Source: an uncultured Candidatus Saccharibacteria bacterium (lineage in GTDB: Bacteria > Patescibacteriota > Minisyncoccia > Phycocordibacterales > CAZNKJ01). Taken from it: a stretch of 64,000 nucleotides of DNA. The notes beneath the pieces are model-generated. The model ran no database searches. It saw only the letters and a list, made by a program, of their open reading frames with translations, and was not told where the DNA came from. Location of the stretch: contig CAZNKJ010000001.1 of assembly GCA_964574145.1 (NCBI GenBank), positions 16,852-80,851 of the forward strand. The letters are read 5' to 3'. Of this stretch, positions 56,359-64,000 are shown one piece after another (positions within the stretch are counted from its first letter, which is position 1; each line of letters starts with the position of its first letter). Position numbers and translations under genes: made by a program.

Positions 56359-57864
56359 ATGTCATATAATGAGAACACTTCTCATTATATGAACATGCGA
56401 TACATTTGGATCTATTTTTTTGTTGGAGGATTCGGAATAGGAGTGCTTTGGCGCTCCTTTTTTTATTTGGGAGTGGGGTTTTCTGTTTTTGTTATCGTTC
56501 TTGCTGTAGCTTTATTTCTTCTCTATTTGGGATCTCGTCACGCGTTACATTTTTTTTCGGCGCTTGTTCTTCTAGGTGTCGCTTTTGGTGTTATTCGTTT
56601 TGACATCGCTGATTTTTCGCAAGGAAGTTTTTATTTTAATGAACGAGTTGGGGTGGAGAGTTCATTTGAAGCTGTTGTTATTGATGAGCCTGATTTTCGA
56701 GATACTAATACAAAGCTCATAGTTCTTGCGGGAGGTGCTGCAGTTACGAGTAAAGAAAAAATATTAATCACGACGGAACGATATCCGCGGTATTCATATG
56801 GTGATCGTCTGGAAATTGAGGGTGTGCTTAAAAAACCAATTGCATTTGCAGGCAACGATGGGAAGGTGTTTGATTACCCCGCGTATCTAGGGAAAGATGG
56901 TATCTATTACACAATGTTTCCTAGGTCTATTAAGAAAATAGGAGAAGGTGGTGGGAATGTTGTAAAACGAACTCTTTTTAGATTAAAATCCGCATTCCTT
57001 GAACGTATCGGGCGGGTTATACCTGAGCCGCAGGCCTCTCTTTTGGGCGGTTTGGTGGTTGGAGCGAAGAGGTCTTTAGGGGGTGATTTGCTTGATAAGT
57101 TTCGTCGCGCTGGAATTATACATATTGTGGTGCTCTCCGGCTATAACGTTACTATTGTTGCGGAGTTTATAATGCGTACACTTTCATTTTTACCGAGTGT
57201 TTTGACTCGGTCGTTTGGAGTTGGTTCCATTGCTCTTTTTGCGGTGATGACCGGTGCGGGGGCAACGGTGGTGCGAGCTTCTATTATGGCGATATTGGTA
57301 GTTATAGCTCGTGCGACAGGACGAACGTATCAAATAACACATGCGTTAATTGTCGCAGGGTTTTTTATGGTTCTTCAGAATCCAAAAATCATTGCTTTTG
57401 ATTCGTCTTTTCAGCTTTCTTTTATGGCAACTGTAGGACTTATTTATCTTGCGCCTAAACTAGAGTCATATTTTGGGTGGGTGCCAACTAAATGGCAGTT
57501 ACGAGAATTTGCTACCGCTACTATTGCAACTCAGATTTTTGTTCTTCCTATGTTGCTCTATAAAATGGGTGCGTTGAGCATTGTCGCATTTCCAGTCAAC
57601 CTTCTCGTCTTACCAGTTATTCCCATCACTATGCTCCTGGGCTTTTTTACTGGAGTAGCTGGTTTTGTGAATACATTTTTTGCACTTCCTTTTTCATTTG
57701 TTACAACGGTTTTACTTTCTTATCAGTTATTTGTAGTTGATATTTTTGCTCGTTTGCCGTTTGCTTCAGTTACTATTGAACACTTTTCTCTTTTTGCGAC
57801 GGTGTCTACATATGTCTTGTATGGAGTAATTTTATTTTGGTTACATAAAAATATAACTAAATAA
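56359..57864 (+). CDS. comEC: ComEC/Rec2-family DNA-uptake channel protein (membrane 'competence' domain only; no MBL domain)
   Basis: Multiple TM segments, an N-terminal DUF4131-like region and the Competence-domain block GLLGGLVVGAKRSLGGDLLDKFRRAGIIHIVVLSGYNV. Confidence 0.75.
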   Translation: MSYNENTSHYMNMRYIWIYFFVGGFGIGVLWRSFFYLGVGFSVFVIVLAVALFLLYLGSRHALHFFSALVLLGVAFGVIRFDIADFSQGSFYFNERVGVESSFEAVVIDEPDFRDTNTKLIVLAGGAAVTSKEKILITTERYPRYSYGDRLEIEGVLKKPIAFAGNDGKVFDYPAYLGKDGIYYTMFPRSIKKIGEGGGNVVKRTLFRLKSAFLERIGRVIPEPQASLLGGLVVGAKRSLGGDLLDKFRRAGIIHIVVLSGYNVTIVAEFIMRTLSFLPSVLTRSFGVGSIALFAVMTGAGATVVRASIMAILVVIARATGRTYQITHALIVAGFFMVLQNPKIIAFDSSFQLSFMATVGLIYLAPKLESYFGWVPTKWQLREFATATIATQIFVLPMLLYKMGALSIVAFPVNLLVLPVIPITMLLGFFTGVAGFVNTFFALPFSFVTTVLLSYQLFVVDIFARLPFASVTIEHFSLFATVSTYVLYGVILFWLHKNITK

Positions 57865-57944
57865 TTTTTTTAAATTGAGAGAACCGAGATTGATTTTGAT
57901 TGGTGTTTATAGGTAAATAGAATCGTTTTGTCTTGTTAGGTAAT

Positions 57945-58553
57945 TTACTTTGCGTTTTCAAAGCGTTTTTCTATAACTCCCCAGTTTAAATTCTTGAAGA
58001 ATGCTTCAATATATTGTCTTTTCTCTGCAGGCGTGTAGTCCATCATGTATGCGTGTTCCCACATATCCATAGCAAGAATAATAGGAAGCCCTGCAAGCTG
58101 TCCTAGCTCATGGTCTCCAACCCAAGAGGTATGTAGAGTCTTGCCCCGCGGATCAAAATAAAGAATAGCCCACCCAATACCTCGTGTACCACCCCCGACC
58201 ATTTTAAAATGTTCTATTCCCGCCTCAAGACTTCCATATTTTTCTGAAAAAGCATTTGCTAAAGAGGAAATCTCTTCTATTTTTTGGGCTTTCTTTTCCC
58301 ACTGTTCAAAATAGTATTCATGCATACGCATTCCGTTGAACTCAAATCCAAGCCGTCGGCGTGTTTCTGTTTCTGCGTATGCGAATTTTCCGGGACCGGA
58401 ATCTTTCATCTCATGCAACTGCTCGCGGAGCAAATTAACGTGTTTAACATAGCCACCATATAGCCCCAAGTGGATCTCTACTTGCTTTGAAGAAATATCT
58501 TTTAGTTCCTGCAAGTTAAATTTTTTTTCTTTATACTCCATATTGATTTTCAT
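57945..58553 (-). CDS. sodA: Fe/Mn superoxide dismutase
   Basis: The C-terminal DMWEHAYMMDY motif, plus the N-terminal and middle His ligands (EIHLG, MRMHEYYF). The ORF-track N-terminus probably over-extends, so an internal ATG is preferred. Confidence 0.75.
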   Translation of the reverse strand: MKINMEYKEKKFNLQELKDISSKQVEIHLGLYGGYVKHVNLLREQLHEMKDSGPGKFAYAETETRRRLGFEFNGMRMHEYYFEQWEKKAQKIEEISSLANAFSEKYGSLEAGIEHFKMVGGGTRGIGWAILYFDPRGKTLHTSWVGDHELGQLAGLPIILAMDMWEHAYMMDYTPAEKRQYIEAFFKNLNWGVIEKRFENAK

Positions 58554-58600
58554 ACTAAGCAGTTTTTTGCTAAAAAAGAGGCTACTCAGCTTCATTTTAC

Positions 58601-58837
58601 ATGATACCATGTGGAGATATGATGCGTATTATTCTTTCATTGGTTGTTGTTATGGCTGTTGTTATTCTAGCTCTCGTATATTTAAACGGACATTCTATTT
58701 CAGCACCAAAAAATTTAAATGATGCCACAAAAACAGAGCGTTGTGCAAAATTTAGACAAGTAGACGAAGAAGACAATGGTGTATATTCGCTCGGGTACGG
58801 TGGACGTATACGTCAGCTTATTCATGGTTGTTTTTAA
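58601..58837 (+). CDS. Small hypothetical membrane protein
   Basis: 78 aa with one TM (IILSLVVVMAVVILALVYL), followed by a strong terminator. Confidence 0.35.
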   Translation: MIPCGDMMRIILSLVVVMAVVILALVYLNGHSISAPKNLNDATKTERCAKFRQVDEEDNGVYSLGYGGRIRQLIHGCF

Positions 58838-58880
58838 AAACGCGACTACCTGTGTGGTGTCGCGTTTTATTTTTTTTGTA
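58836..58880. terminator. Rho-independent terminator (AAAAACGCGAC-loop-GTCGCGTTTTATTTTTTTT)
   Basis: 10-bp stem plus T-tract. Confidence 0.6.
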
Positions 58881-58887
58881 CCACAGT

Positions 58888-59067
58888 TTAATTTGTCGCA
58901 CGCACAAATGCTCTTAAGGCAGCCATTCCTATTCGTCTAAATTGTTCAAGTGTATCGGCGGCTGTGGCCTTGATAGCGAGATCTTTAAGGAGGGAGATTG
59001 TTTCAGTTCTTTCTACTTCACCCTTCGTTCGTTGCCCAGTCATTCCTTGGGTGGTTTGTTTACTCAT
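58888..59067 (-). CDS. Small hypothetical protein (~59 aa from the MSKQ start)
   Basis: The ORF-track N-terminus is hydrophobic junk, so the internal ATG is more plausible. No motif recognised. Confidence 0.3.
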   Translation of the reverse strand: MSKQTTQGMTGQRTKGEVERTETISLLKDLAIKATAADTLEQFRRIGMAALRAFVRATN

Positions 59068-59207
59068 GAAATAACTCCTCTCCAAATAACAAACAAAAAT
59101 CTTTATCAACTCTATTTTGAAATATATCATAAGAAATTATGATTCACAATCTTTAGGTCATTTCTTTGTTTGTAGTGTCGTAATTGATGTGAGGGTATAC
59201 TTTTTCT

Positions 59208-60065
59208 ATGTTTGGTAATAAAGAAAAAATGAAGCTTGGGGTTCTTTTTTTTCTTTTTCTAACAGCAATAGTTATTTGGACGGTACTTCTGAATAATGAA
59301 AAAAGATTACTAACAGTGGCATTTTTAGATGTAGGTCAGGGTGATGCTGTTTATATAGAGGCACCTAATGGAAATCAGATGCTTGTTGACAGCGGTTCTG
59401 GCCCTGTTGTTTTGAGAGAGCTTGGAAAAGTAATGCCTTTGTATGATCGCTCTATTGACGTGTTGGTAGCCACGCATCCAGACAAGGATCATATAGGGGG
59501 ACTTCCAGATGTATTGAGACATTATAAAGTTAATTTATTATTGCGTTCAGGTGCCAAGAATGTTACAGGTGTATTTAAAGAGTTGAATTTACTTTCGCAA
59601 AAAGAAAGTATCCAAAAAATTTTAGCGCGAAGGGGAATGGTTATTCGGTTTGGGGGAGGAGTATATGCTGAAATTCTTTCTCCATTTCGTATAGTTCCGT
59701 TCGCTGATTCAAATGATGCCTCTGTTGTTATTCGTCTGGTTTATGGAGGCACGGAGTTCATGCTTACTGGTGACGCTCCACAAAAAATTGAAAGAAATCT
59801 TGTTTCAAAATATGGGAAACATCTTAGGAGTAACGTATTAAAAGCAGGCCATCATGGTTCAAAAACCTCTTCAGCAATATCTTTTATTAAATCTGTCTCT
59901 CCTAATTACGTGGTGATTTCTGCAGGTAAAAACAATAGATATGGGCATCCACATAAGGAGACATTAGCTCGTCTGGCGCAATTTGATGCATCAGTTTTGA
60001 ATACAGCGAAAGAGGGAACAATAATATTTACTTCTGACGGAGAGGCAGTTTTGTATAAAAAGTAA
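59208..60065 (+). CDS. Membrane-anchored MBL-fold metallo-hydrolase resembling the ComEC C-terminal beta-lactamase-like domain
   Basis: An N-terminal TM, then LTVAFLDVGQGDAVYIE...VLVATHPDKDHIGG...KAGHHGSKTSS...GKNNRYGHPH, the pattern of ComEC C-terminal domains. Confidence 0.7.
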   Translation: MFGNKEKMKLGVLFFLFLTAIVIWTVLLNNEKRLLTVAFLDVGQGDAVYIEAPNGNQMLVDSGSGPVVLRELGKVMPLYDRSIDVLVATHPDKDHIGGLPDVLRHYKVNLLLRSGAKNVTGVFKELNLLSQKESIQKILARRGMVIRFGGGVYAEILSPFRIVPFADSNDASVVIRLVYGGTEFMLTGDAPQKIERNLVSKYGKHLRSNVLKAGHHGSKTSSAISFIKSVSPNYVVISAGKNNRYGHPHKETLARLAQFDASVLNTAKEGTIIFTSDGEAVLYKK

Positions 60066-60299
60066 TGGTTTGTGCTTAGATCTTTGTGAGTTATATTCTG
60101 AATAAGAATTATCTAAGAATTTTTTTTAAAAAATATGGGCAAACAGTATGAAGAATGTTTCCGACTCAGATTTAGAGTGGCAATGTCCTATTATTCTTTA
60201 ACTTTTTAACGAAAAATTATAACAGCTAGTTTTCATTATTATTTTTTTTGGTAACTGTGTAGGTAGTAAGGGCTATTTTTTATAAAACTGTCTAAATAT

Positions 60300-60331
60300 A
60301 AAACTCTATTCTTTTAAAAGAATAGAGTTTT
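60300..60331. terminator. Perfect palindromic terminator downstream of rpmB (AAAACTCTATTCTTTT|AAAAGAATAGAGTTTT)
   Basis: Direct read. Confidence 0.6.
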
Positions 60332-60355
60332 ATATAATCCACCATTGCTTATTTT

Positions 60356-60598
60356 TTAAATAAGACCCGCTTTCTTGAGAGTTTTGTACGCTCCGTTTTT
60401 ATTGAGTGTTTTTAATCCCTTAGTAGAAATTTGTACTGTCACAGTTTTTTTTATCTCTGGCACAAAAATTCTTCGTTTTTGAATATTGGCTTTACGACGA
60501 ACCTTTCCTGTGGGGTTGAACTGAGTAGCACGCGTACGGTTTGAATAACCGCCCGCCATCTTAGTAGATTTTCCTGTGATTTTACAAACTTTCGTCAT
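60356..60598 (-). CDS. rpmB: 50S ribosomal protein L28
   Basis: MTKVCKITGKSTKMAGGYSNRTRATQ... is the L28 N-terminal pattern; 80 aa. Confidence 0.8.
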   Translation of the reverse strand: MTKVCKITGKSTKMAGGYSNRTRATQFNPTGKVRRKANIQKRRIFVPEIKKTVTVQISTKGLKTLNKNGAYKTLKKAGLI

Positions 60599-60653
60599 AT
60601 GTTCGCGCTATGGTAGCATTGTATTATAAAACTAGCAACCAAAATATAATTTT

Positions 60654-61304
60654 ATGGATCCTGTCATTACTACAATTATTGTAGCCATCTTAATCTTTTC
60701 TGTCATTCTTCATGAACTTTCTCATGGATACATGGCTCTGTTTTTTGGCGACCCTACAGCAAAATTAGCAGGCAGACTTACTCTAAATCCTATTTCTCAT
60801 ATAGATCCTATTGGATCTATATTAATTCCAGCGATTCTTGCGCTTACTCCAGGAGGTCTTATATTTGGATGGGCAAAGCCAGTCCCCTATAATCCCTATA
60901 ATTTAAGGAACCAGAAGTGGGGAGAGGCAATGGTTGCCCTTGCTGGACCAGTTTCCAATCTTTTTATCGCTTTAGCTTTCGGGTTGTTTATTCGTTTTAG
61001 TGGAATATTTCTATCTTCTTCTGTAATAGAGATTATGTCTATAATAGTTTTTATAAATATCTTACTTGCATTTTTTAACTTAATACCAATTCCTCCGCTC
61101 GATGGGTCAAAGGTACTTATTCCATTATTACCGCACAAAGCTTGGGTTTTTTATAAACGATTGCAGGAAAAAATAGAGAGTTATGGCTTTTTAGCAACGT
61201 TCCTGTTTATTTTCTTGTTCATATACATATTATGGCAACCTTTTATTCTGTTTGTTTCCATTGTTTTTACGTTGATCACAGGTTCTCATTTAGGTCAGCT
61301 TTAG
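60654..61304 (+). CDS. Site-2-protease-like (M50-family) membrane zinc metalloprotease
   Basis: HELSHGYMA is the HExxH motif within a TM segment. NPISHIDPIGS and later TM segments follow. Confidence 0.6.
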   Translation: MDPVITTIIVAILIFSVILHELSHGYMALFFGDPTAKLAGRLTLNPISHIDPIGSILIPAILALTPGGLIFGWAKPVPYNPYNLRNQKWGEAMVALAGPVSNLFIALAFGLFIRFSGIFLSSSVIEIMSIIVFINILLAFFNLIPIPPLDGSKVLIPLLPHKAWVFYKRLQEKIESYGFLATFLFIFLFIYILWQPFILFVSIVFTLITGSHLGQL

Positions 61305-61424
61305 TTTCTTTCAATTCTGTCTAATATTATTATGTAGTCTAAGGTGGAAGAATATTTTGCTTATTGCAATTTTTCTCATCAGATAGTACAGTAATGGCGC
61401 TGTGGGAAGTCACAGTTTTTGTTT

Positions 61425-61841
61425 ATGGTAACAATCAATCAACTAATAAAAAAGAAAAGAAAAAATGTAACCAGAAAGCCCAAGACACCAGCAATGGGTC
61501 GTGGTTTTAATACATTGAAAAATCGTCCCACATTTTATCCATCTCCTTTTAAGCGTGGTGTGTGCGTTAAGGTAACCACTAAGACTCCTCGTAAGCCAAA
61601 CTCTGCTATTCGTAAGATTGCGCGCGTTCGGCTTACTAATGGAATGGAAATAACAGCTTATATTCCTGGGGAGGGGCACAATCTGCAGGAACACTCTGTT
61701 GTTCTGGTGCGTGGAGGGCGTGTAAAAGATATTAATGTACGCTACACAGTAGTTCGAGGTAAGCTTGATGCTGGAGGAGTTGAGGCGCGTAAGCAGAGCC
61801 GAAGTCGTTATGGTTCTAAGCTAACAAAAGGAGATTCCTAA
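61425..61841 (+). CDS. rpsL: 30S ribosomal protein S12
   Basis: TINQLIKK...[60 protein letters not shown]. It carries an N-terminal insertion relative to the E. coli protein. Confidence 0.9.
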   Translation: MVTINQLIKKKRKNVTRKPKTPAMGRGFNTLKNRPTFYPSPFKRGVCVKVTTKTPRKPNSAIRKIARVRLTNGMEITAYIPGEGHNLQEHSVVLVRGGRVKDINVRYTVVRGKLDAGGVEARKQSRSRYGSKLTKGDS

Positions 61842-61873
61842 AAATATAAATTTTTTCATAAGAAATAATTAAT

Positions 61874-62344
61874 ATGCGAAGACCTATAAAAAAACGAAAC
61901 ATAGTCAAGCCTGAGGGAATATATAACTCAGTACGTCTTGCTCAGTTCATTAATTATGTAATGAAAGATGGTAAGAAAAACACAGCTCGTAAGGTTGTCT
62001 ATGGGGCTTTTGAGAATATAAAAAAGAAGACAAAAACGGATAACCCTCTTGAAATTTTTGAGACGGCTATACGGAATGTGAGCCCGTCCATGGAGGTTCG
62101 TTCCAGGCGTGTGGGAGGGGCCAATTATCAGGTACCGCGTGAAGTTCGCCCAGAACGAAAGCAGGCTCTTGCTATGCGATGGATTTTAATAGCAGCAGGG
62201 TCAAAAAAAGGGTCTCCAATGCATGAGCGTTTAGCAGACGAGCTTATTGCGGCAAGCAATGAAGAAGGAGAGGCAATGAAGAAGAAAGAAAACACTATAA
62301 AAATGGCAGAGGCCAACAAGGCGTTTGCGCACTTTGCTTGGTAA
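61874..62344 (+). CDS. rpsG: 30S ribosomal protein S7
   Basis: 156 aa with typical S7 motifs (RRVGGANYQVP). Confidence 0.95.
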   Translation: MRRPIKKRNIVKPEGIYNSVRLAQFINYVMKDGKKNTARKVVYGAFENIKKKTKTDNPLEIFETAIRNVSPSMEVRSRRVGGANYQVPREVRPERKQALAMRWILIAAGSKKGSPMHERLADELIAASNEEGEAMKKKENTIKMAEANKAFAHFAW

Positions 62345-62346
62345 AT

Positions 62347-62375
62347 TCAACTCTCTTTAAAGAGTGTTGAATAGT
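62347..62375 (+). terminator. Hairpin immediately after rpsG (TTCAACTCTCTTT|AAAGAGTGTTGAA, one mismatch); attenuator between rpsG and fusA
   Basis: 13-bp stem with no strong U-tract. Confidence 0.35.
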
Positions 62376-62520
62376 AGCATAATTCTCCTTTTACTAAGGT
62401 TCTCTAAAATAATTTGAATAACTTGCCAGATAGTGACTGGTGATGTATTCTTTATTTTGTTTGTTCTGACAATGTGACGTTTGTCGCATTTTTATTTTAA
62501 CTATTTGATAAATATAAATT

Positions 62521-64000
62521 ATGGATCGAGATTACCCATTGGAGAGAATTCGAAATATAGGGATTATTGCGCATATTGACGCTGGTAAAACCACTACCAC
62601 TGAGCGTGTTCTTTTCTATACAGGGATTTCACATAAAATTGGCGAAGTGCATGAGGGAGAAGCTGTTATGGATTGGATGGAGCAAGAGCGAGAAAGAGGT
62701 ATTACTATTACTTCTGCTGCAACTACAGCTTTTTGGACTCCTTCTTATGAAGATGATCGTTTAAGTGAGGACAAAAAATATCGTTTTAATATTATTGATA
62801 CACCTGGACATGTGGATTTTACAGTGGAAGTAGAACGCTCCATGCGAGTTTTAGATGGAGGAGTCGTTGTTTTTGATGGTGTTGCTGGTGTAGAACCACA
62901 GTCTGAGACTGTATGGAGACAAGCAGATAAATATAACGTACCCCGTATTTGTTTTATTAATAAAATTGATAGAACGGGAGCTTCTTTTGATAGATCTTTT
63001 CAGACTATTTTACAACGTTTAACAAAAAATGCGGTAAAGATGCAAATTCCTATAGGGGAAGAAGAGAAACTTGAAGGAGTTATTGATTTACTTTCTATGA
63101 AAGCACATTATTTTGATGGGGAGCGGGGAGAAAAGGTACGTACCGAAGATGTGCCTGCAGATCTTAAGCCTGAGGCTGAAAAACTTCGTGGAGAGCTTAT
63201 TGAGAAAATTGTTGAGAATGATGAGTCCGCTATGAACGCTTACCTTGAGGGGAAAGAACCTGAGCTTTCTGAACTTAAGCGAATATTACGTTCAGCAGTT
63301 ATTGATAATCAGCTCGTGCCAGTTTTTACTGGTTCGGCTTTGAAAAATAAAGGCGTACAGTTGGTGCTCGATGCTGTAGTTGACTATCTTCCTGCTCCTA
63401 CAGATGTCCCGGCTATTAAAGGAACTAATCCAAAGACGGGAGAAGAAGAAAGTCGTCCATCGTCTGACTCAGAGCCTTTTGCAGCTCTTGCTTTTAAAAT
63501 AGCTACTGACCCCTATGTAGGACAGTTGACATATTTCCGAGTTTACTCCGGAGCGCTTGAAGCAGGTTCGTATGTGTTGAATACACGTACTGGTAATAAA
63601 GAACGTGTGGGGCGTATTGTACGTATGCATGCTAATAATCGTGAAGAAGTTAAAAAGGTGTACGCTGGTGAAATTGCAGCGGCTGTTGGTCTTAATGATA
63701 CAAAAACAGCGGACACGCTTTGTGACGAAGCGCATCCCATTGTACTTGAGTCTATAGATTTTCCTGATCCTGTTGTTAATCTACGTATTGATCCAAAAAC
63801 TAAAGCAGATCAAGAAAAGATGGGCAGTGCCTTGCATAAACTTATGGATGAAGATCCGACTTTTCGTGTTTCAACAGACGAAGACACCCTCGAAACTATT
63901 ATTTCTGGTATGGGAGAACTCCATTTGGATATTATTGTAGATCGCATGAAACGAGAATTTGATGTTGAGGCGAATGTTGGTAAACCACAAGTTTCCTATA
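62521..64000 (+). CDS. fusA: Elongation factor G (N-terminal ~493 aa; continues beyond the window)
   Basis: [23 protein letters not shown] is the G1 motif, followed by DTPGHVDF and NKIDR. The ORF is truncated by the window end. Confidence 0.95.
   Translation, partial: MDRDYPLERIRNIGIIAHIDAGKTTTTERVLFYTGISHKIGEVHEGEAVMDWMEQERERGITITSAATTAFWTPSYEDDRLSEDKKYRFNIIDTPGHVDFTVEVERSMRVLDGGVVVFDGVAGVEPQSETVWRQADKYNVPRICFINKIDRTGASFDRSFQTILQRLTKNAVKMQIPIGEEEKLEGVIDLLSMKAHYFDGERGEKVRTEDVPADLKPEAEKLRGELIEKIVENDESAMNAYLEGKEPELSELKRILRSAVIDNQLVPVFTGSALKNKGVQLVLDAVVDYLPAPTDVPAIKGTNPKTGEEESRPSSDSEPFAALAFKIATDPYVGQLTYFRVYSGALEAGSYVLNTRTGNKERVGRIVRMHANNREEVKKVYAGEIAAAVGLNDTKTADTLCDEAHPIVLESIDFPDPVVNLRIDPKTKADQEKMGSALHKLMDEDPTFRVSTDEDTLETIISGMGELHLDIIVDRMKREFDVEANVGKPQVSY

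Overview
The window is a gene-dense, low-GC bacterial chromosomal segment. Ribosomal and RNA-processing genes (rpsO-pnp, str operon rpsL-rpsG-fusA, nusA, rny, clpP-tig, hup, rpmB, four tRNAs) are interleaved with envelope machinery. Several CDSs seem to use TTG starts and Shine-Dalgarno sequences are weak. The gene content is consistent with a reduced-genome, monoderm-like (possibly CPR/Patescibacteria-type) organism, though that cannot be proven from sequence alone. Three systems stand out. (1) A ~9.5 kb minus-strand operon (1..9524) encodes a Gram-positive-type conjugation-like type IV secretion apparatus: PrgI/VirB3-like, VirB4 ATPase, a VirB6-like polytopic protein with a long C-terminal tail, and secreted or Ca-binding-repeat proteins. 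No relaxase or coupling protein is visible in the window. (2) A type IV pilus operon (PilB-PilC-three pilin-like proteins, 44496..51358) runs straight into tpiA-pgk. It sits in a window that also carries comM, recJ and a ComEC split into a membrane-channel gene and a separate metallo-beta-lactamase (MBL) gene, which gives a DNA-uptake theme. (3) A drug/toxin efflux pair (HlyD-like adaptor plus RND permease). Non-coding signals of note are a cluster of three DnaA boxes (one perfect TTATCCACA) at 27.46 kb with adjacent AT-rich DNA, and an 82-bp tandem repeat array carrying hairpins just upstream of nusA. There is also a perfect 14-bp inverted repeat at the xerC start, two consensus-like sigma70 promoters (one embedding a palindrome, one followed by an attenuator-like hairpin and a 36-codon acidic peptide), and several long perfect palindromic terminators. 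Partial CDSs run off both window edges (secreted protein at 1..746 on the minus strand; fusA from 62521).
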